DNA of 64,000 bases from Rhynchobatus australiae (Eukaryota). The stretch spans positions 25,331,010-25,395,009 of the forward strand of contig JAUZTB010000033.1 of the NCBI GenBank assembly GCA_034780895.1, read 5' to 3'. The first letter of the stretch is position 1. Each line of letters begins with the position of its first letter. This document shows, piece by piece, positions 51,671 through 64,000 of this stretch. A program made the position numbers and the translations under genes. The notes beneath the pieces are model-generated. The model was given only the letters and a program-made list of their open reading frames with translations. It ran no database searches and was not told the origin of the DNA.

Positions 51671-54536
51671 TATGAAAACTTAACCAAAAGTAATGCAGTG
51701 GTTTGAAGATAATTTCCACTCATCATAATTAGGAACATGCAATAAATATGGCCCTGTTAATGTCAACATCCTGAGAGCAATTTTTTTAAAAATGATGACC
51801 TAAAGTGACAAGATCACATAATAACGAGAAATACTAAACCAACTTCAATTTCATTTCAATTTTAATCTTCATCAAAATAATTGCTGTATTTTAGAATCAG
51901 TTAATAGTTACTGTATTATGCAAACTAAAATATTAATTTACTGAGAAATAATAATTTTACAACCAAACCTTTCAATTCTTTTTATTACAGAAAAAGAATA
52001 AAATGTATGACCTTGATGTTAGTTTCAAACTAAACTGAGGTCTGGTTTAGACACTGTTTTCTTAAGGAGTTATTAATTTAAAATAACAAAAGTATGGAAA
52101 CAAAAACAGNNNNNNNNNNNNNNAAAAACAGACTGCAGAACTCACCCTGAAGAAACTTAATTTAACTTTAGATCCAAAAAGAAGAAAATAACCAAAATCA
52201 TACTTCTAGAATAACAAACAGTATAATTTTTACCAGACAGAAAAGAAGCCTCCTCTGTTAATGCTTGATAATAAACTGGTGCTCATTTTCCCAATACCTA
52301 ACAACACAATAGGAAACATCTATACTAAATTGGCAGACATCCGAAGAAAGCTGAGACTAGTCTGTACTTGGGAGGTTTACATATTTTGCTAATGTTTCAA
52401 ATTTCCAGCATCTGCATTTTTTAATCTCCAGTAGATATGTTTGGTTTATTCAAGGTTCTTCTCAGATTGCACGCACACATGCACACAATGAAGCACACAT
52501 GAGCAAATATGCAATACAGTGACTTTGCGTATATTTACATTGATGTCCAAGGGACAGGATGTACTGTAAGAGGTCTAGGATAGATACTTTGGGGATTTCA
52601 GAAGGATGGTGAAAGGTCTGAAGAGATGCCCTGGGAATGTAAAATTTGGCCAAGAAAAGACCATGTAGTTATCAAGTCTTCTTGAGCCTTGCAGGATTAT
52701 TTTACCATGGAATTCCTGCCCAATCCCACACAATATTTCTTCAGGCTTCTGTTGAGTTTAAAGTGACGAGATTTGGCAGCTCCTGTAGCACTATTTTAAC
52801 TTGCTGTGTGGAGGTAAATTCGACAAAGTCTTCAGCTATGTTATCTGAGCTGGGATTCAATTTTTAAGAAGTTAAGTTGCAGGTCCCTTAAGTTTNNNNN
52901 NNNNNATTAAATGATAGGTGGTTTAAAGCTTGGTCAAATAAGTAAATTTTAAGAAAGTTAATGTTTTATTATTCTAATCATTTCCAAACTCCAGAATATT
53001 GAAAATTTGGAAATTCTCAGTCCTGTGCAGGTCACCAAGGCAACTAATGCACTACATCCAGATCTGGTATAGTTTCACTAACAGATAGAGCTGCAGCATG
53101 TGGAGATTTTCTCTGTACATAATGTGCATCAATAGGCCAGTCAAATTAGAACAATACTCTTAGGGATGGTAGAACCAAAGTTTTAAAAATTGGCCTTGAT
53201 AAAAGCCAAATAAAATTTTTGTACTGTAAATTCACAATCCATAAAAACATTCAAATCTAATCATCACAAAACCAGCAGACATCTGAAAGCCTGGCTGTAC
53301 ATACTGCCTTTGTTAAAACAGTAAAGCAATTTCCAAATTTACAAGGATCCAATAAACAGAAACAGGAAACTGCAAACTATAACGAGTCCATGTCTCAGAG
53401 TAAAATGCATTTTGCTGATTTGGTTTCTTGGCAGACCAGATAAGACATGTATGCANNNNNNNNNNNNNNNNNNNNNNNNNNNNNNACCTGTACTACATCA
53501 ATGGACTCTGTACTAACTTAATGTAACTGCACTGTGTAATGAATGGACCTGTACGATTGGTATGCAAGACAGGTTTTTCCACTGTACCTCGGTACAAGTG
53601 ACAATAATAAACCTATGCCAATACCAATAATGGACAGGACCAGAGGATACAAAGCAACCTATGCAGTCCTTCTGGCTTGCAAAGGTTATGTGGATTCTGA
53701 AGTGGCTGATGAGGCCAATTTGGGACCCTGGACTCTGCCACAAGCTGGGCAGGATGTACTTGATGAGGTTGGCAGGTGGATAGTTTGGGAGCTGGTGCAC
53801 TACTTCTTGTGTTACACTGGGTTTCTGTGTGCTCCCAACAAAAGGATTCAGGGTTCTCAGTGTCATTCTGAATGCTTCTTCGCCACTTTATGAGGTTACA
53901 AGCTTGGAATTCCCATGAGTTGGTGGGGATGTTATGCCTTTTTAAGGGCAGTATTGCGCAACTCAGTGAACACCCAACAAAATGTAAGGATCATGGCATC
54001 AATCAGTGCAATGCTGATTTGAGCNNNNNNNNNNNNNNNNNNNNNNNNNNNNNNNNNNNNNNNNNNNNNNNNNNNNNNNNNNNNNNNNNNNNNNNNNNNN
54101 NNNNNNNNNNNNNNNNNNNNNNNNGCATCAATCAGTGCAATGCTGATTTGAGCAGTGCTGCCACTTTGGAGTCCAATGACATTCCAGCCAACCATCTCTT
54201 TAATCCTGCATTGCTGGACACGCTCCCAACCATCAGGACCCCTCACCAGTACTATTTAGCAAGAGCATTAACCACTTACAGCATAGTTGCATGTTGATTT
54301 TTCCTGGCAGCTGCAGCAATTCTACAAGATATCAGTGTTTTCTATAGTTGTTACAAATTGCAATCTTCTTCAGGTTTGGGGAACAGGTGCTGAAAGACTT
54401 TTTCCTGATTTCATGGCTTCTGCACAAACTAGTAGGAGGTATTTCTCCTTGCATTACTGTGTGACTGGAAAATGAATCGGGGAAGTCACACAGTTGGAGA
54501 AGTGGCAAAAGTGTTGTCCTGTAATTCAATTCTTAC

Positions 54537-55816
54537 TGCTGTCCGATGTGAAGTAACACAATGGCACAGGTTAATTCAAACGCATTTATTAGCAGTATAC
54601 TGCGGGAGAATTCTCTTTTTTTAACAAAATAAACTTGATTCATAATAAAAAAGAAACTATATACAATAATAAAACAGTTCAAACGTTTACATTCATGTAC
54701 AGTTCCGTTCTTAGTGTTACTTCTTATCTAGAAAGATACAGCACCGATGCCACTCGTGGCTCCCTGGGTTGATACCCCAATCCCGTATTTACAATATTTG
54801 AGGGGCTTCCTCACCTGACCCCACCCATCCCTCTCCTATGGCAGAAGAACCCTAGGCTGTCGTCCTTCCCCACCGAGCCCTTACATCGGCTGCGCCCAGC
54901 NNNNNNNNNNNNNNNNNNNNNNNNNNNNNNNNNNNNNNNNNNNNNNNNNNNNNNNNNNNNNNNNNNNNNNNNNNNNNNNNNNNNNNNNNNNNNNNNNNNN
55001 CACCTCTCTGACCTCGGTGATTGAGAAGTTGCCCCCCCGCATCAGAATCCCCAGGTCAGAAGCACAACAATCATTGTCCCCCGACCATATCGACAGTCCG
55101 TGGGACCATCATCGTGACCACCTCCGATAGTTGCAGAGGTGCGGCAGCCTGCACTTTTGTACGCAAGTCACATCCGCCTTGACCTTGGCAAAGTACTGCA
55201 AGGCGTTAACACATCGCGCAGTGCGCATCACACTGCGCACATTTAAAGACACCGATTTTATCTCCATGGCTCTCTTGGAGTTCAGTTCCAGTCACAGTCC
55301 ATTTTCATTTCTCCTGGGCCCTCTTGCCCACAGCTTTGGTGAACTGCCTCATCAATTCTGGGCTCAGGTACTGGGAGAGGTCTCCCCCTGGGTGTGGGGC
55401 CCCTTGTGGTGAGGCTGCTGGTGCCACTGTGGGGGGGGTCCATCTGTGCCCCTGTTCCTTTCCCTGGTGGTTCTCTTCCCCCCCCCCACCCCCTACTGCA
55501 GGAGAATTCTCCTCAAACTCTCATGTAGAGTCTATATTGGAGCTCTCCAAAGTCCAAAAAGCAGACAGAAACTTGTACAGAGATTGTCACGCACACTCAA
55601 TGAATTCGGCTCCAGAATTCTTGGTTGAGCAGGAAACGGACAAAGGGGAGCTGCAGCAGCTTCACACCTCAGGTTCAGCTAAATGTCTTGCAGTCGGGAG
55701 AGACAAAGGCAGGTATTCCCTTCATTGTCTGAGACAGCCTTCCTATTTCCTAATGATTTGACTATCATTCCAAGAGGTATGCATAATGAGAATCCAATTA
55801 AGTCCCAAACACAGCA
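54537..55816 (-). mobile_element. Putative solo LTR (about 384 bp once the nested Tx1 is removed)
   Basis: TGCTGT...ACAGCA inverted termini (TG..CA); flanks CTTAC/ATTAC form a 5-bp TSD with 1 mismatch; AATAAA on the minus strand about 50 bp from the left end. Confidence 0.6.
54616..55493 (-). mobile_element. Tx1-clade non-LTR retrotransposon, 5'-truncated, most of ORF2 hidden in a 100-N gap
   Basis: ORF2 start at 55267 reads MEIKSVSLNVRSVMRTARCVNALQYFAKVKADVTCVQKC (APE endonuclease, with an internal stop); ORF2 end LGAADVRARWGRTTA* at 54852; polyA tail; 18-bp TSD at 54598-54615 / 55494-55511. Confidence 0.85.
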
Positions 55817-56844
55817 ATTACCATCCTAGGAAAACTGTGGTGCGGTTGCTCCAGCCTGGAAGACACTTTTTAAATCAGTGTTTCAAGTAGCCATGTTTCT
55901 CATCTGTCTTAAGATATGAATACAGTTATTGTTTAGTAATCCTATACTTCCTCAGAAGGACTCTCAGCAGAAATTCATAGCTACACAGGTAGAAAGGAAC
56001 GATGTGTGATGTGTCAGTAGTTCAATAATGATGTCCTCCTGAGGTCTGCCGCTGACCAGAGATACAACATCAAACTCAGTGCAGGGCAAGAACCATGTTG
56101 TCAGCAACAGTCAAGACGATGTTGCTAATGAACTCTATGCACATGTCCCTTTATCATCCACTGCTGTACATGGGAAGTCACTGTTCAAAATCAGCCAACT
56201 ATATTTCACTCTCTTTGGCCAGAGCTCATCAGACAGAGACAGCACGCTGCACTGATGGAATTGCAGACTTTCTCTTAATTCAGGTTGTCACTGGTGCACA
56301 TCTTTTTTTTTGGGTGCTGCATGTCAACCCTGCTCCATATCCAAAGTGGAAGAGACTTCAGATCAGCTTGTTGTCCTTCTTTTCTCCNNNNNNNNNNNNN
56401 NNNNNNNNNNNNNNNNNNNNNNNNNNNNNNNNNNNNNNNNNNNNNNNNNNNNNNNNNNNNNNNNNNNNNNNNNNNNNNNNNNNNNNNCTTTTCTCCTTTA
56501 AGATGTTCTTTAATTCCTCTTTCCTTGTTCAAACTTTTAACCATCTGACTTAATGTTTCGATCTGCAGCTGGGTGATGATCTAGAAAAGCCCCACTTCTG
56601 ACTCTAGCTACTCAGTGTGGAGGGGGCAGGTGGAGGAGTATCCTGGTCTGGCTGAGAGGCAATAGCAAGATCACTGACAGAGCAGCAGCATGCGAGCATG
56701 AAGAGGTTTCCAGCTGCAAGTGGACAACAGATTTGTGTTCTGTGGAGCTCCTATTGATGGCTTAGCAATTTGTCTAATCCATTACAGGGCTTATTTCTGG
56801 ACTGTTGTAATACCCTACGAGTCCCTATTAAGTTGAGCAGTGAT

Positions 56845-57140
56845 GCAGGAGTGCAGCAGTTTGTGCTGCAGCCACAGAACTCCAGTAATCTGGGTTCAAT
56901 CCTGACCTCTGGTACTGTCTGTGTGACATATGACCATGTGGGTTTCCTCCAGGTGTTCTCTTTCCTTCTACATCCCACAGACATATTGGTTGGCAGGTGA
57001 ATTGCCCCTAGTCTGGGTGGGTGTCAGGAGTTGGGTATGAGGGAGAAAAAGTTGCAGGGAAATAAGTGAGTGAGTTGGATTGAAATGCTGTGAGAGCCGG
57101 CAAAGACTCAAAGGGCTGCATGGCCTCCTTCTGTATAATA
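56845..57140 (+). mobile_element. V-SINE/HE1-like SINE
   Basis: B-box GGTTCAATCC; V-domain ccatgtgggtttcctccaggtgttct...catcccacagac; CR1-like tail. Confidence 0.75.
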
Positions 57141-57449
57141 AGAAAATATGAGAAGTATATTCCTGGCATGATGGCAAGCCTGGTGGATATGGCAGACAGC
57201 AGCCTGAGCATTCATTGCAGCTATTAGACATTGAGTGGCTTCTGCTTGTGCTGTGATGGAAACTGCAACTTCATCTAACACATGCTGCATTAGGGTGAGG
57301 TCCACAGGTGCAGTAATGGAGTTAATCACCACTTTTAAGATGGAAAGTTGCAGATCTCTATACCAAGTCACTAATGGATTTGTTGCCTAAAACACTCCAA
57401 TGACTTTGCCTAACAACTACACTTCTTTATCAATCATGATTGGTTCAAG

Positions 57450-58350
57450 CAACTCAAAGATTCACCGTGTAATTTCAAACAATACTCGTTAACTCTTTGG
57501 TTTACTTTCACAGCTTTCAAAGCTCACTACTTCTATTCAGATATTACCACTCTTGATGAATCTGGCCAAGGTTCGATCCTGGCAAATTTCTTCTCTGAGT
57601 CCCTGACTCAGGGTCTTCTTTAGTGGTTGATCTCTGGAGTTACTGCTGCTGATCATCTCATAACGTACCTTTTCATAACTTTCTTTGCATACCTCCTTCC
57701 AAATATTGCTTAGTTTTTATTGCCCTTCACACAGCCATAATTCCAATTCCAATATGAGTGTGTGTTTCTTTAACTTGTTCAAATTCCTGCAGGCGCCATC
57801 CCGTAATTATTTCAACCATTTGGTTCCTTAATTACCAGAGCATTTGTTTGAGCTTTTGTAATATATCAAATAGTACTTTCCACAAGTTGTCAGTTCCCAA
57901 ATACATCACCATTTGCTTGCTCTGATCTCCAGATAGCTCATAGTGGGATGGTTTACAATGGGATAGTTCACATTGCTGGAGAGCTGTCTCAGTTATGTTC
58001 TCAATTGATATTGACCCGGTGTTGATTAATTGATCTTCCTTCACTGTGTTTCTTTGTTCTGTGGTTCCCAATATCTCTTCATAGCTACTAGAGTGTCCTC
58101 TCAGAGCCTGATGGGACACTTGACATAGCTCTGGCTGCTACACATTCCTTCATTGTTATTCAAGCTGAACTCAGGGCCTTCAGGCAGACCTCCCATTGTA
58201 CCAAGCACTTCATAGTACTCATCCAGCAGTCTTCATCTATCACCTGCACCATTAAAGTCTGCAGCTTGCCTTTCAATGAACAGTCACTGTGATATCGTTC
58301 CTCTTTCCTCATCTGCTGGCTACTGGTGCCTGACAGCTCGCCTTGTGCGC
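57450..58350 (-). mobile_element. Possible ancient Gypsy gag/protease remnant
   Basis: LINTGS (protease DTGS-like), followed by ANG and TCGK fragments in shifting frames; weak. Confidence 0.3.
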
Positions 58351-58542
58351 AGTCTGGTTCTTTTTTATGTCCTTTAAATTATGTACAGTGGCAGGATATG
58401 AGTTGGAGTTCATGTGTGTAAGATCAACTGATGATGCATCTTCATCATCACTGTCATTACTACTGCTCTCTCCTGCCTGACCAGGTTATATTTCTTGGGT
58501 ATTTGAAAGAAGAAGAACATACGGGAAAGAAAATCTCCTCAG

Positions 58543-59055
58543 AATTAGAATCAGGTTTATTATCACTGACATATGTCATGAAATGTGTTTTGTGGCAGCA
58601 GTATAGAACAAGACATAAAGACATCAAAGTCAGTGTGAATCACAAAAATAAATAAATGATGCAGAAGAGGAATAACGAGGTTGGGTTCATGGACCGTTCA
58701 GAAATCTGATGGTGGAGGGGAAGAAGCTGNNNNNNNNNNNNNNNNNNNNNNNNNNNNNNNNNNNNNNNNNNNNNNNNNNNNNNNNNNNNNNNNNNNNNNN
58801 NNNNNNNNNNNNNNNNNNNNNNNNNNNNNTCTGCAGCCTCTTTTGATCCTGCACATTGGAGCCTCCATACCAGGCAGTGATGCAACCAGTCAGAATGCTC
58901 TCCACCATACATCTGCAAGAGTCTTTGGTGACATACCAAATCTCCTCAAACTCCTCATGAAGTAGGGCTGCTGGTGTGCCTTCTTTGTGATTGCATCAAT
59001 GTGTTGGGCGCAAGATAGATCTTCTGAGATGTTGACCCCCAGGAACTTGAAGCTT
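58543..59055 (-). mobile_element. Rex1/Babar-type LINE 3' part
   Basis: VESILTGCITAWYGGSNVQDQKRLQ...SFFPSTIRFLN; tail aataaacctgattctaattc. Confidence 0.85.
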
Positions 59056-59654
59056 AAATGAAGTTTCATTTAAAGTAGAATAATCATTAAAAACAAGGAT
59101 CTATCCAAAATTCCCAGTCTTGTTTCTCCTGATGAAGGTTTATGTCAAAAATAATGCTATCTGCAAACAATGTGTTGAAAACTTGCAGAATGTGAAAGCC
59201 AGAGTACTAATTTAGAATGTGAGATTGTGATGTTCTGTTGGAAACAGAAAGCCTCAGACAGAACAACTGCACTAAACCTGTCACAAACTGAAGCACTTGT
59301 CACAGTATTCCAGACCACTAGTATAAGGGTATAATTCAAGGAGGATGATAAGGAATGGTTCAATGCAAAAGAGGTGCCTGCAAGTTAGAAATGTAATATA
59401 AAATAATTTTTGAAAGGAACAGGAGTAAGTTAGCCCTGAGAATTGGTAGTCAACAGATAAGATCAAAGAGGAAAAGTGTATAAAAGATGGAGTTCATGTG
59501 AGAGAGTAGGCACAATCAAAAGGATGAGAACCTGCAGTCGACGGGACACAGGAGGAGGAAAAAAGACTTATGCCATGATCACTCAGAGGGCGAGTTGAGG
59601 TTTTGAGGAAGAAACTGTAACTATTGTTTTTGTTAAAGTTTGCTTCTTTTTACA

Positions 59655-59762
59655 GGATACAACTCACTGACGCAGGGCCTTGACCCGAAATATCGACTAT
59701 CCTTTTGCCTCCACAGATGCTGCTTGACCCAATGAGGTCTTCTAGCAGTTTGTCTTTTGCTA
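59655..59762 (+). mobile_element. Penelope terminal-repeat fragment with the best-preserved hammerhead-like core
   Basis: CTGACGC-AGGGCCTTGACCC-GAAA-TATC at 59667-59694, followed by the ccacagatgctgcttgacc arm. Confidence 0.65.
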
Positions 59763-62562
59763 ATTTAATACATCTATTTTGCTTATAATCAATTTGCCTG
59801 TACTCATAGTGATTTGTTGTGAATATGAACAAGTCTCTTGAATTAAGTGAAATTAAATATGAACTGGCAAATTTCACAGAGCTTCCTGAACAAAGCCAAC
59901 ACCTATCTGCTTACTGCAGGCAGTGCATTTTCAGCTTCTGACATTCATAAACATGTAGAAACTATTCAAGGTTAAACGTACNNNNNNNNNNNNNNNNNNN
60001 NNNNNNNNNNNNNNNNNNNNNNNNNNNNNNNNNNNNNNNNNNNNNNNNNNNNNNNNNNNNNNNNNNNNNNNNNNNNNNNNNNNNNNNNNNNNNNNNNNNN
60101 NNNNNNNNNNNNNNNNNNNNNNNNNNNNNNNNNNNNNNNNNNNNNNNNNNNNNNNNNNNNNNNNNNNNNNNNNNNNNNNNNNNNNNNNNNNNNNNNNNNN
60201 NNNNNNNNNNNNNNNNNNNNNNNNNNNNNNNNNNNNNNNNNNNNNNNNNNNNNNNNNNNNNNNNNNNNNNNNNNNNNNNNNNNNNNNNNNNNNNNNNNNN
60301 NNNNNNNNNNNNNNNNNNNNNNNNNNNNNNNNNNNNNNNNNNNNNNNNNNNNNNNNNNNNNNNNNNNNNNNNNNNNNNNNNNNNNNNNNNNNNNNNNNNN
60401 NNNNNNNNNNNNNNNNNNNNNNNNNNNNNNNNNNNNNNNNNNNNNNNNNNNNNNNNNNNNNNNNNNNNNNNNNNNNNNNNNNNNNNNNNNNNNNNNNNNN
60501 NNNNNNNNNNNNNNNNNNNNNNNNNNNNNNNNNNNNNNNNNNNNNNNNNNNNAAGAACTTCCTTATTCCTATATGTTTACATGAGAGTGCTCAATTTCTT
60601 GCCAGTTATATGGGGAGCTGATGATATTCTCAGGAAAATACAAGCTACTGCTTAGCAAATCTTGAATCATTAAAGATACTTTCAATCAGTTGCATGGTAA
60701 GCTAAAGGCTGTGCTCATCTAAAAATTCAGGAGAAAGTGTTTCTGCTTCAATTTTGAGCAATATTTTTGTAAGCTCCAAAGTTTATATGGCTCTGCAACT
60801 TCTCCTCAATTACAGTCCTTCTGTTCTTATGTTTGCACTTTTGATGGAGATGTATAATGTCCGACTAATTGAAATATCTGTTCAGCAAATAAATTTGTCA
60901 TTCATTTATTTTGTGTCCTATTTGTTGAGTATTGGATTGCAGTGTGGAAAATGAACATGGCAGCACCAGACCTGATAAAATCCAACTGTACTCAAATCCT
61001 GAGCAGTAATAGCAAATCTCAGTATTTTTGTACATCAAAGGGGATTGCACGGAAATAGGTTATTCAAAGTTAAAGAATGATAAAAGCCTATCCTAGGTGT
61101 CTCTGCAAAGCCAGCTTTTCTCCAAAAGAAAGTCAGGTAATATGTGAGCTCTGTTACACCAGGAGCCCTGCATCCCACATCCACAGCAGGGAAGATGTGG
61201 CCACCTTCTGCACTCCAGCCTGCAGTAGTACATAGCACATTGCCTCTTGCTGCATGTGATCACTCTCAAGGTCAACAATGGATTAGGTGGTCCCCGTTTA
61301 AAGGCATTAAGTTCCTCCAGAACCATTCTGCCTGTATTGAATGACCAAGTTTTTGCTTGTACAATTACCAGAGACTCAAGGGAAAATCCAGGTGGCTTCC
61401 AGACCAGATGGGCATCTCCAGTTTCTAAGGTGTAACTTTCCTTTCTGGTTCCAGATGGAGTTGATAACTTGTTCAGGCAAGAATCAACCAAAATTGGGCC
61501 TTTCCTGCAATATTAATGAATAAATAGACTTTCATGAATCAAAATTTGGAAGTCGAGTTCAAAATGCATAAGCTAATAAATAACACATTTAACACATCCT
61601 ATCAGGATAAATTTAAACTGTTGTGTGTTTCATTAACTCTCCCTTACCTGCTCCAGTAACTGGCCAGGATGTGATTCTAATTTCAGTTGAACTGTCGACT
61701 TAAGAGCCCTATTTGAGGTTTGATTCAGGCAATTTAATGTTACTGAATACTTAAACCACCCTCCCTAATTTATGATGTGCATGAATTATTAAACAAAATA
61801 TTTAACTGCCACATTCTAGTACATCAAATGGAAGCAATCATCTTCTAGTGATATTCAATAATCCAAGTTTTTAATCCAATCAGTATTTAATAGTTTGTTT
61901 TAAAACGTACACTAAAAGCACCAGTAAATGTCCTGATTCATACTGAAGTCTAGAGCATGCGAGAATTCAAAATGCAATAGAAGTGAATGGATTTTAATAA
62001 AAACAATTGTTTGCAGGATTGAACAAAAACCTGGATGGTCAGAGATCCATAAAGACCAAAATTAATAATGCTTTGTTTGGGAAAACTGTCCATTAGCAGA
62101 ATGAGAGATATATTTGAAAAGATTCTTGCATAACCTTAAAAGAAAATTTTCACCAATTCAACACTTTTAATTTTCCATATTGCCTTGTCACAGTGAACAA
62201 GTTTTTGAAAAACTTTCCATACAAATGTTATTTAGTTTGCACAGTATTGGTCATGTTATATTTACACAAAACTAAAAAAAAGAAATCAGATCCTAAGTAA
62301 ATAGAAACTGAATTAATTCAAATTAAATCATTAAAATAGAACACAAATATGCAATATATTATTTGAATATAAAAATACAGCTGCTAAATTCAACATAATT
62401 AGAAACATAATTTGCATCACATTTTATTAATGTCCTTAGTTATATTAACATATGGACACCTTCATTGTGATTGTAACTTCAGTTTTAAATTTAATTGATG
62501 GATTGCTTTCAGATCAGGACATTCTCAATCTGTCATTATGAGCAACTCTTAATATCTTCAGT

Positions 62563-62850
62563 GGACACTCTGTAGTGTAGCGATTAACATAACGCTATTA
62601 CAGTGCCAACAACCTGGGTTCAATTCCGCTGTTATCTGTAAGGAGTTTGTATGTTCTCCCCATGTCTACATGGGTTTCCTCCCACATTCCAAAGACGTAC
62701 AGGTTAGGAGCTGTGAGCATGCTATATTGGCGCTAGAAGAGTGGCGACTCTTGTGGGCTGCCCCCAGCACGTTCTTAGTAACACAAAAAGATGCATTTCA
62801 CTGTGTGTTTCAATATACATGTGACTAATAAATAAATATCTTATCTTATA
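62563..62850 (+). mobile_element. Young near full-length V-SINE (HE1-related)
   Basis: tRNA-like head with A-box-like gtagtgtagcgatt and B-box GGTTCAATTCC; V domain; tail gatgcatttcactgtgtgtt...aataaatatcttatctt. Confidence 0.88.
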
Positions 62851-62989
62851 GATATCTCAATGGAGACTCCAGAGATTTCCCAGATTGGAGTTAAGGTAAG
62901 TAATGTGCAGCCAAAATACATACACTAAGTTTACACAAACAACATTGTGATAAAGCCAGACCCATTTGCTTTGGAGATGATGATTGAGC

Positions 62990-63115
62990 AGTGGGTTTTG
63001 GCCAGGACAGCAAGTACAACTCCAGTGATAATTTTCAAAATAGTCATCACAGGATCTTTGACAGCCACGTACAAGAACAGAGATAACCTCTGTTCAACAA
63101 TTCAGCCAAAAGTCG
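62990..63115 (-). mobile_element. DeuSINE/SacSINE1-like remnant
   Basis: ttggccaggacagc...aactcc...ttcaaaatagtcatcacaggatcttt resembles the reverse complement of the Deu domain as I recall it. Confidence 0.5.
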
Positions 63116-63719
63116 GTATATCCACCTTATTTTTCAAAATTAATATTAGAGGGCCATGAAATAGTCGAAGTGAAAAATAGGGAGGGGTAGAAAGGAGGGG
63201 AATGANNNNNNNNNNNNNNNNNNNNNNNNNNNNNNNNNNNNNNNNNNNNNNNNNNNNNNNNNNNNNNNNNNNNNNNNNNNNNNNNNNNNNNNNNNNNNNN
63301 NNNNNNNNNNNNNNNNNNNNNNNNNNNNNNNNNNNNNNNNNNNNNNNNNNNNNNNNNNNNNNNNNNNNNNNNNNNNNNNNNNNNNNNNNNNNNNNNNNNN
63401 NNNNNNNNNNNNNNNNNNNNNNNNNNNNNNNNNNNNNNNNNNNNNNNNNNNNNNNNNNNNNNNNNNNNNNNNNNNNNNNNNNNNNNNNNNNNNNNNNNNN
63501 NNNNNNNNNNNNNNNNNNNNNNNNNNNNNNNNNNNNNNNNNNNNNNNNNNNNNNNNNNNNNNNNNNNNNNNNNNNNNNNNNNNNNNNNNNNNNNNNNNNN
63601 NNNNNNNNNNNNNNNNNNNNNNNNNNNNNNNNNNNNNNNNNNNNNNNNNNNNNNNNNNNNNNNNNNNNNNNNNNNNNNNNNNNNNNNNNNNNNNNNNNNN
63701 NNNNNNNNNNNNNNNNNNC

Positions 63720-64000
63720 ATGCAACCAGAGGAGATGCAACACCTGCCAACATACATCTTCCCTTCCCAACATCCATAGGCTCGAACAGTCTTTTCAGCT
63801 GAAGAAGCAATTCAGCTGCACTTCTTTCAGTTTATTGTACTGCATTCAGTACAGACAATGTGATCTCTACATGGGAGAAACCAAAAGCAGATTGGATGAT
63901 CGCTCCTCAGAACATCTGTGTTCAGTCCACAAAGCCAATCGTGAGCTTCAGTTGCCTTTCACTTAACTTTTCCACCCCACATCCATTCTGATCTGCATCT
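63720..64000 (+). mobile_element. Penelope-like element, GIY-YIG endonuclease fragment
   Basis: CNQRRCNTC...FSCTSFSLLYCIQYRQCDLYMGETKSRLDDRSSEHL. Confidence 0.85.

Noticed and set aside
62563-62635. tRNA-like A/B boxes, considered as a tRNA gene (also 37585, 56845)
   Set aside because: Continuous with SINE body and tail, and no complete cloverleaf
43500-64000. Search for exons of the expected neighbour KMT5B or any second gene
   Set aside because: No recognisable coding exon; apparent ORFs map to TE remnants or gaps

Overview
Eukaryotic, gapped draft assembly. The repeat content (CR1/HER1-type LINEs, HE1/V-SINE-like SINEs, DeuSINE remnants, Penelope, Rex1, RTE, Tx1) points to a cartilaginous fish, probably a ray; this is inference. 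The only protein-coding gene I can support is choline kinase alpha (CHKA) on the minus strand. Its ATG is at 42698, and exons 1-5 and 7-9 are recovered with GT-AG boundaries and consistent phases. Exon 6 is not visible and probably lies in the N gap at 8687-9092; exons 10-12 should lie left of the window. A CpG-retaining GC-box/CCAAT promoter sits near 43.2 kb. From 43.5 to 64 kb the sequence is repeat-rich and intergenic, with no recognisable exon. The best leads are: a family of Penelope-derived fold-back elements carrying decayed hammerhead-ribozyme cores, including one near-perfect 92-nt intronic hairpin; a Tx1-clade retrotransposon inserted with an 18-bp TSD into a palindrome inside a solo LTR; and several candidate micro/poison exons around the CHKA alternative exon. 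I found no convincing wholly new biological system.
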